51,656 bases of DNA. Source: a virus (Duplodnaviria; Caudoviricetes). The translations under genes and the position numbers were made by a program. The stretch is taken from the IMG/VR virus record IMGVR_UViG_3300020034_000024, positions 1 to 51,656 of that record; one strand, written 5' to 3'. This document shows, piece by piece, positions 45,424 through 51,656 of this stretch (position 1 is the stretch's first letter; every line of letters starts with the position of its first letter). The notes below the pieces were generated by a model. That model ran no database searches. It saw only the letters and a list, made by a program, of their open reading frames with translations, and was not told the origin of the DNA.

Positions 45424-45541
45424 TAAATTTGAAATAAATAAATATCCTTCATTGTTGTGTGGAAGCGGCAGTGAAGGGTAAGGTTCTGAACAATAACCTA
45501 CCCAGTCTCCCTTCCACGAGCTGGGTATTATTTTTTTATAG
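45424..45541 (+). ncRNA. structured 5' leader (promoter, hairpin, terminator hairpin with complementary loops)
   Basis: TAAATTTG; loop GTGGAAG 45459-45465 is complementary to CTTCCAC 45511-45517; T tract before ATG 45542. Confidence 0.6.
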
Positions 45542-45823
45542 ATGGAAGATATTAAATGCCTTCGATGTGACTCAACCAACGACTACCGAATAGAGGAGTC
45601 AGGGCCACACAAAAAAGCTGTCTGCAACAAGTGTAACAAGTACATTAAATTTCTTCCTCAATCTTATAAAACTTTCCTATACTTTGGTAAGTACAAAGGC
45701 CGTGATATTTCAACGATGAAGTCAGATGATGAGCTTGCATACCTTTATTGGCTTTCTAAAACCAACATCAAAAGAGGTCTTGTAGTAACAATCCAAAACC
45801 ATTTAAATCACTTCGACAAATGA
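45542..45823 (+). CDS. zinc-ribbon protein with FGKYKG motif
   Basis: CxxC..H..A.CxxC and FGKYKG..I...YL.W. Confidence 0.7.
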   Translation: MEDIKCLRCDSTNDYRIEESGPHKKAVCNKCNKYIKFLPQSYKTFLYFGKYKGRDISTMKSDDELAYLYWLSKTNIKRGLVVTIQNHLNHFDK

Positions 45824-46422
45824 AGTTAACTAAAAGGAGGGGTTTTAATTTTTTTAGATCGTACTATGATGTTTATAATGAGCTTCCCGACAAGGATAAA
45901 ATTAAGTTTATAGATGCATTATTGGACAGGCAATTTTTAGGAATTAAACCAAAAGATTTAACCGGAATGGCTCTTTTTGCATACATAAGCCAAACAAACA
46001 GCATTGATAGCCAGGTAAAAGGGTATGAAGATAAGACAGGTATAATCCTTACCCCTTGCCAAGGGGGTGATGAAGCCCCTTCGATAGGGGGTGTTAGTAC
46101 CCCTAGCCTACAAGTAGAAGAGAAAGGGAAAGTAGAAGAGGAAGTAAATATAATTGATTCTCCTTCTTTTTTAGATTTCTGGAACAAGTACGATAAAAAG
46201 GTAGGAAAACCCCCCACTGAGAAACAATGGCATAAGGTAAAACAATCAGACCGTGAGAAAATCATGCTGCATCTGGACGAGTATACACAACGCGAAAAGG
46301 AATTCAGAAAAGACCCAGAACGATATCTTAAAAACAAGACATGGGACGATGAGATAGTATCAAAGGAATCGTTTAATGGGAATCATTTAGGGCGTTCACA
46401 GTCTTTACCTGCTCATTTATGA
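45820..46422 (+). CDS. replication initiator-like protein (DUF6291-like)
   Basis: FNFFRSYY N-terminus; F..FW..Y.KKVGK...DPERYL...W.DE C-terminus. Confidence 0.7.
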   Translation: MKLTKRRGFNFFRSYYDVYNELPDKDKIKFIDALLDRQFLGIKPKDLTGMALFAYISQTNSIDSQVKGYEDKTGIILTPCQGGDEAPSIGGVSTPSLQVEEKGKVEEEVNIIDSPSFLDFWNKYDKKVGKPPTEKQWHKVKQSDREKIMLHLDEYTQREKEFRKDPERYLKNKTWDDEIVSKESFNGNHLGRSQSLPAHL

Positions 46423-48242
46423 AGGTATCCATATTCGAAAATTTTAAAAGCGCAGGGCGTGAGGTAGGAATCGACTACGTTGAGGAAAAGATTCGTGCCG
46501 GTGGGGCATTTGCAGAAACAATTTCAAAGATAAGGGAGCTAAACCAATCGAATCAGGATGCGGCTAACGATTTAAAAAAGACTTTGCCAGGTATTACGTT
46601 TTGCGGATTATTCCAAGAAAGGCAGGCAAAGAAGCTTTTAAAATCAACCGGTTTGATAATCTTGGATTTTGACGGCCTTGACGATTCATTAGATGATGCC
46701 AGAACTACTTTTATGGCCGACCCGTATGTTTACATGCTTTTTGTTAGCCCTCGCGGGAACGGCCTTAAAATGGTTATTAGGATACCTGAAGTAAAAGACG
46801 ACAAGGAATTTAAAACCTACTTCTTTGCTCTTCAAAAAAAATACCCACAGGCCGACCCTTCAGGAAAGGATATTTCGAGGTTCTGTTTTGTTAGTCATGA
46901 CCCCGAAATCTATGTGAATTACGGATCAGAACTTTGGGAAGAAAAAATTGAACAACCTAAGTTATCCACAAATTCACAAGTTATCCACACGGTCAGGACG
47001 GACTTTAAAAAACTATCGGTCGGAGTTGCGATGATTGACAACGCTGAAGTCGGAAACCGGAACAACACAATTTTGAAGGCTGGCAGGCTAATGGGCGGGT
47101 ATGTGGCATCCGGGGAACTCAACGAATCGGATGTGCTGGATATTTGCCAGCGAGCTATTGAGCGAAAGGACGCGCATGATTCAACGGTAAACTTTAACAC
47201 GTTTAGGCGTGGACTTGAACACGGTAAGCTAGAACCGCTGACAAGTGAGCAAGTCGTTGAAATGGAAGTCGAATCGAAGATAGGTAAGATTGACTACCTG
47301 TTGGAAGATGTTTCTGATAAGATTGATGACATTTACGAAAACGGATTAACGCGGGGCTATCCAACAGGCTGGAAACATTTCGATATTTATTATTCAATCC
47401 GCCCGGGTTACACCACCTACATTTATGGCGCTCCGTCAACAGGTAAAACAATTTGGTGGTTTAATGTTCTGGTAAATTTATCAATCGCTTACGGCCACAG
47501 GCATTTGATTTACTCACCCGAAACCGGTGACGCTTCAGAAATATACTCAACGATCATGCAGATTTTCGCACAAGGTGATATGACTACCACCTACCGAAAC
47601 CAGATGAGTAAAGAACAAAAAGAGGAGGCAAAGAAGTTTGTAGCTGATCACTTCGTAATTATTTCAACAGACGAAACCGATACTGAATTATCTGTAAAAG
47701 ATTTCTTAAATTACATTGACGTACTCGAAAACAAATACAAAGTTAAGTTTGATACTATCACAATTGATCCGTGGAATGAATTGCTACACGATGAGAACGC
47801 AAGGGATGACAGAACTTTGAATATCGAATTGAAGGCCGTTCGGGTAAACGCACGAAAGCACCAAAGGCATATTTGTATTATTACACACACAAGGGATTTA
47901 AAGCCTATAGGATACGATGAATATGGAACGGCAATCTATCCTTTCCCTACCGCGCATGATGTTGCCAGTGGTCAGGTGTGGTATCGTAAAGGGTTCATGA
48001 TGTTAGCGTTCTATAGACATTTTGTTTTGGATGGCTACAATGAAGTGAAGATTGGTAAGGATAGATTCTTTCACAAAAGTGCATTGATGATCAGGGTTCA
48101 AAAGTACAAACCTGAAGGATCAGGCAAGCGCGGAGAGATTGAATTTAGATACCATTCGGATATTCACAGATTCAGCGATCCGTTAAACGTAATGGCAAGC
48201 TTACCAAAACACGAACCTGAAGACGAAACCATTCCATTCTAA
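46419..48242 (+). CDS. primase (BT4734/VirE N-terminal-like) fused to an SF4 DnaB-like helicase
   Basis: LKKTLP, ILDFD, FVSPRGNGLK, DISRFCFVSHDP; Walker A GAPSTGKT, IDPWNEL. Confidence 0.85.
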   Translation: MKVSIFENFKSAGREVGIDYVEEKIRAGGAFAETISKIRELNQSNQDAANDLKKTLPGITFCGLFQERQAKKLLKSTGLIILDFDGLDDSLDDARTTFMADPYVYMLFVSPRGNGLKMVIRIPEVKDDKEFKTYFFALQKKYPQADPSGKDISRFCFVSHDPEIYVNYGSELWEEKIEQPKLSTNSQVIHTVRTDFKKLSVGVAMIDNAEVGNRNNTILKAGRLMGGYVASGELNESDVLDICQRAIERKDAHDSTVNFNTFRRGLEHGKLEPLTSEQVVEMEVESKIGKIDYLLEDVSDKIDDIYENGLTRGYPTGWKHFDIYYSIRPGYTTYIYGAPSTGKTIWWFNVLVNLSIAYGHRHLIYSPETGDASEIYSTIMQIFAQGDMTTTYRNQMSKEQKEEAKKFVADHFVIISTDETDTELSVKDFLNYIDVLENKYKVKFDTITIDPWNELLHDENARDDRTLNIELKAVRVNARKHQRHICIITHTRDLKPIGYDEYGTAIYPFPTAHDVASGQVWYRKGFMMLAFYRHFVLDGYNEVKIGKDRFFHKSALMIRVQKYKPEGSGKRGEIEFRYHSDIHRFSDPLNVMASLPKHEPEDETIPF

Positions 48243-48244
48243 AA

Positions 48245-48502
48245 ATGAGCGACCAAAACTATAGAGAATTACATTATATCGAATGTCACACGTTCAACGG
48301 TATGACTCATGTTAAAATGGATTTAAAATATTACATGCCAAAAGAAGCTTTCGAAATGTTCGCCAAAGTATTAAAAAAATATACTGGCACCGCTGTTCGA
48401 ATGTTGATTTGTCATCGAAAGGAAAATCATGAACTGGTAAAAGTTGAATCAATTGGATTTGACAAGCTGCCAATTAAAAAGAAAAAGAACACGAGATTTT
48501 AG
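48245..48502 (+). CDS. hypothetical protein
   Basis: Co-oriented ORF. Confidence 0.6.
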   Translation: MSDQNYRELHYIECHTFNGMTHVKMDLKYYMPKEAFEMFAKVLKKYTGTAVRMLICHRKENHELVKVESIGFDKLPIKKKKNTRF

Positions 48503-48528
48503 CCAAGGCATTAAAAGAACTTAAAAGT

Positions 48529-48813
48529 ATGAAGGGTAAAGCAGATTTTGAAATATTGGGAGAATGGGATGATGATCTCATTTGGTGTCCAAGTCAATGC
48601 TATTTGAATATCAGATTTAAGGCAATGTCATTTTATTTATACCTACGATGGAGGCATGGAGATCCGTGGACAGCATCAATATACCATGTGGTCAAAGGTC
48701 AGAAGGATGAAAGACACGACTTAAAAACAGATTTTTTTAGAGATTCACAACTCAACGAAATGAAAGAAGCCTCCATCAATTCAGCTAAAGAATATTTGAA
48801 TCGTAATTTTTAA
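48529..48813 (+). CDS. hypothetical protein
   Basis: Co-oriented ORF; YLRWRHGDPWT. Confidence 0.6.
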   Translation: MKGKADFEILGEWDDDLIWCPSQCYLNIRFKAMSFYLYLRWRHGDPWTASIYHVVKGQKDERHDLKTDFFRDSQLNEMKEASINSAKEYLNRNF

Positions 48814-48832
48814 AAGAACTTAAACAACGAGT

Positions 48833-49102
48833 ATGAAAATAACAGACTACATTGATGGGAAAGTAACCTACGATCCAGACGGAGCATACCTTTGGATTAA
48901 CAGCGTATCAAACAACGGAATTTTAATGCTTGGTGAAATTCGAGGCTGGGGACATATTCAACACATAAAAGATTTCGTAATTCAAACAAAGGATGGTAAA
49001 GGAATCGATTATAAAGCCGCTGAACAGTTTCAAGATGAAGTAGGTCAATTCGTTGCCGATGCTGTTAATGAAAAGATTGAAAGATTAAAGGCTAACTCCT
49101 GA
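48833..49102 (+). CDS. hypothetical protein
   Basis: IRGWG..Q...FQDEVGQFVADAVNEK. Confidence 0.65.
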   Translation: MKITDYIDGKVTYDPDGAYLWINSVSNNGILMLGEIRGWGHIQHIKDFVIQTKDGKGIDYKAAEQFQDEVGQFVADAVNEKIERLKANS

Positions 49103-49121
49103 CCTATTAAAACACACAAGT

Positions 49122-49523
49122 ATGAACAAATCCGACCGGGAATCAATCAGGATGAAGTATGGAGGTAAGTGTGCTTATTGCGGTTGTGATCTTGTGAAAG
49201 GTTGGCATGTGGATCATATTGAACCGATAAGAAGACTGAAATTATTATCTGTAGGGGCTAACGGTAAAAAAAATTGGTACGCAGCAGGTTCCATGCATCC
49301 AGAGCTCGAGACGATACAGAATATGAATCCGGCATGTGCGTCATGTAACATAAATAAACATGGTGACACGTTGGAGGCATTCAGGGAGCGTATTTTTAAG
49401 TTCATTAATTCACTAAACGAATATTCGGTTCAGTACAAAATTGCAAAGCGTTACGGACTCATTGAAGAAACTAACAAGCCAGTAATATTTTATTTTGAAA
49501 ACACACAAACAATAACAAGATGA
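49122..49523 (+). CDS. HNH endonuclease
   Basis: CAYCG...HVDH..P...N.NPACASCN..K. Confidence 0.85.
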   Translation: MNKSDRESIRMKYGGKCAYCGCDLVKGWHVDHIEPIRRLKLLSVGANGKKNWYAAGSMHPELETIQNMNPACASCNINKHGDTLEAFRERIFKFINSLNEYSVQYKIAKRYGLIEETNKPVIFYFENTQTITR

Positions 49524-49614
49524 GCTCAATGACCGAAAAAGGTAAGCAGTACTTCAGGGATAGCCTGGATAAGATGTCAAAAGTTTATAACCTCACGAAA
49601 GCTGATCAGAGTTT

Positions 49615-50289
49615 ATGAGGCGGTTAAGAGTTTTAATTGGATGCGAGGAAAGCCAGACGGTTTGCAAAGAGTTCCGCAAACTAGGGCATGAAGCGTATTC
49701 GTGTGACCTGCAATACTGTTCCGGTGGCCGTCCTGATTGGCATATTATGCACGATGTTTTAGAGGTTGCGTATTCCGAATGCTGGGATTTGATTATAGGA
49801 TTCCCGCCATGCACGTATATTTCTAAAGTTGGTAATGCTCATTTTAACGTTGAAAAGTATGGGCAAAAGGCAATTGATAGAAGGGTAAAAAGTGAACAGG
49901 CAAAGGAGTTCTTTAAGAAATTATACTACTCACCGACACAATTTGTGGCGATTGAAAATCCGGTTGGGTTTATGAACTCATGGAAAAAACCAACTCAAAT
50001 AGTGCATCCTTATTACTTTGGTGATAATGTACAGAAAGCGACATGCCTTTGGTTGCGTGGTTTAAACCGACTAAATGGTGACCCTGGAAACAAAAAACCA
50101 GAGCCTATAAGAATACGGGAAGGTAAACGCAATCGTAATGTACATTGGTCAGAAAGCCTACTTGATTCAATCCCAGACCACGCAGAGCGTGCTAAAGTAA
50201 GAAGTAAAACCTTCCCAGGCATAGCCCGCGCAATGGCAGAACAATGGAGCAGACACATTTTAAACCAAAGTAATGACCCCATCCTCTAA
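49615..50289 (+). CDS. DNA cytosine methyltransferase-like protein
   Basis: VLIGCEESQ, SCDL, GFPPCTY, IENPVG, KATCLWL, RSKTFPGIA. Confidence 0.8.
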   Translation: MRRLRVLIGCEESQTVCKEFRKLGHEAYSCDLQYCSGGRPDWHIMHDVLEVAYSECWDLIIGFPPCTYISKVGNAHFNVEKYGQKAIDRRVKSEQAKEFFKKLYYSPTQFVAIENPVGFMNSWKKPTQIVHPYYFGDNVQKATCLWLRGLNRLNGDPGNKKPEPIRIREGKRNRNVHWSESLLDSIPDHAERAKVRSKTFPGIARAMAEQWSRHILNQSNDPIL

Positions 50290-50373
50290 CATACCTCACA
50301 TACACAGCTTCAAAAAGATTCGAGGCATTCCCCTTCTTTGGGCCTGCGATTGTGGATGTAAAAAACTAAGCTC

Positions 50374-50610
50374 ATGAAAACAGAAATAACAATTTATAAG
50401 ATCAATCCCGCTGATAATTTGGACACAAAATATCCAGAAATAGCAAAAAGGATCGCTGAAATTGAGTCTACCGAACTGGACGAAGAGGAAACTAGGTACG
50501 CTTTATGGGTCGGAAAGTCAATCAAGTGGAGAAAAAGTCAGGACGCTAATCCTTCATTTAAAGCAGGAAACGATTCTTTGAACGTGATTGAGAAAAAAGA
50601 TTTAAAATAA
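50374..50610 (+). CDS. hypothetical protein
   Basis: Co-oriented ORF. Confidence 0.55.
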   Translation: MKTEITIYKINPADNLDTKYPEIAKRIAEIESTELDEEETRYALWVGKSIKWRKSQDANPSFKAGNDSLNVIEKKDLK

Positions 50611-50676
50611 TTAGAAAACCGTTGCGTTAATCAAAATGATTATTGTATCTTTCGGAAGATTTAAAAGGAACAGGAT

Positions 50677-50853
50677 ATGAAAAATCAGAAGAAAATCCAG
50701 CATTTGAACCAAATGATAATGGAATTGGATTTGTTCATTAACAAGTTGCTGGCAGTCGGTGACCTGAACGAATCACAAATAGAAGTTCTTCACCGCAAGA
50801 TTGAAAACAAAGAGCGATTGGAAGAACAGTTTTCAAAGTTAGTCGGGATATGA
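50677..50853 (+). CDS. small coiled-coil protein (58 aa)
   Basis: ATG 50677 after the repeated promoter motif; ATGA overlap with the next gene. Confidence 0.55.
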   Translation: MKNQKKIQHLNQMIMELDLFINKLLAVGDLNESQIEVLHRKIENKERLEEQFSKLVGI

Positions 50854-51179
50854 ATCAGACTGTTTACGATAAGATCATAGAAGACACTGGATTTTCCATG
50901 GACCAAATCAGAATGTGTGAGCGACAAATGATAGCGTGGTGTAAAATGGTTGGTGTTGAAATTTTATCCGAGGAAAAGTTTCATTCTAAAATGCTTCAGA
51001 TTAAAAACAAAATATCTTTAGGCCTTTCACTTGGAACGATCATAGATATAATTTGGAGTAAAGGACTTGATTCAGGAGGTAATCAAGGAAGATCAGTAGG
51101 TCCGGGATTTTCACGAACGCATTTTGATTATCATGGCAGACATGTTATTTACCGAAACAAATCAGACAAAACCTTTTAA
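50850..51179 (+). CDS. hypothetical protein
   Basis: Coupled ORF. Confidence 0.55.
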   Translation: MNQTVYDKIIEDTGFSMDQIRMCERQMIAWCKMVGVEILSEEKFHSKMLQIKNKISLGLSLGTIIDIIWSKGLDSGGNQGRSVGPGFSRTHFDYHGRHVIYRNKSDKTF

Positions 51180-51313
51180 ATTATATGAAAACATTTTTAG
51201 ATATATGCAACTTGGTTAAAGGTACGGAGTTCTTAAACTCACAGAGTAATCTAACATACAAACAAAAATTAAGAATGGTTGTAGTTAGAAAGCTGTATCT
51301 AAATAACTGAAAA

Positions 51314-51469
51314 ATGAAAAAAGATAAACGAGGAGGCAAGCGAGAAGGCAGCGGAAGAAAGAAGAAAGATCCGACCACAACAAAGCGTATACCGGTAAAG
51401 CACATTCACGACTTTGAACAGGTAATCATGGGCAACGCCTACGTAAAATATAAGACTAAGAAAGTTTAA
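51314..51469 (+). CDS. small basic DNA-binding protein (51 aa)
   Basis: RGGKREGSGRKKK AT-hook-like motif. Confidence 0.6.
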   Translation: MKKDKRGGKREGSGRKKKDPTTTKRIPVKHIHDFEQVIMGNAYVKYKTKKV

Positions 51470-51516
51470 CCCCCTCACTTGTAAAACACCAATGTATTAA
51501 CTAAAAAACGTATCGT

Positions 51517-51656
51517 ATGAAAATCAATATTGACATCAAAAACAGATTCACGGGTAAAATTCTATTTGAATTTGAAAGTGAAAACAACACCATCAAAGAA
51601 ACAGTATTGGAGGCCATTAAGGCGGAGGCAAACCTATCGAAGGCAAACCTATCGGG
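51517..51656 (+). CDS. pentapeptide-repeat protein, N-terminal part (continues across the window junction)
   Basis: ATG at 51517 reads [46 protein letters not shown](G); the final GG plus base 1 (G) forms an in-frame GGG codon. Confidence 0.9.
   Translation, partial: MKINIDIKNRFTGKILFEFESENNTIKETVLEAIKAEANLSKANLS

Noticed and set aside
1-51656. Stop-codon reassignment, tRNA or rRNA genes
   Set aside because: Long genes read intact with the standard code and TAA, TGA and TAG all end genes; no cloverleaf or rRNA sequence was recognised by eye

Overview
The window looks like the complete, circular (or circularly permuted) genome of an AT-rich tailed dsDNA phage, probably siphovirus-like. The two ends join in frame inside a pentapeptide-repeat gene. 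TAnnTTTG promoters, Gln-rule signal peptides, a BT4734-like primase and a DUF5675-like lysin point to a Bacteroidota host. Layout: small early genes and an HNH; terminase small and large subunits; an 8.3-kb glycan cluster (Maf/DUF115-like transferase, three GT-A/GT2-type transferases, GT11, GDP-mannose 3,5-epimerase, three SAM-dependent methyltransferases, GT47/exostosin); tail genes placed before portal and capsid; head-tail connectors; a fibre and two esterases with export signals; lysis genes; a leftward early operon; a divergent switch with an Arc-like repressor; and a replication/methylation module. No integrase, DNA polymerase, tRNA or CRISPR array was recognised. The best candidate for a new system is a late-expressed, phage-encoded pathway for a methylated, probably L-galactose-containing glycan, most plausibly placed on the virion. 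A second candidate is a recurring promoter-hairpin-terminator RNA leader with mutually complementary loops in front of replication genes. All calls come from motifs read by eye; no database search was run.
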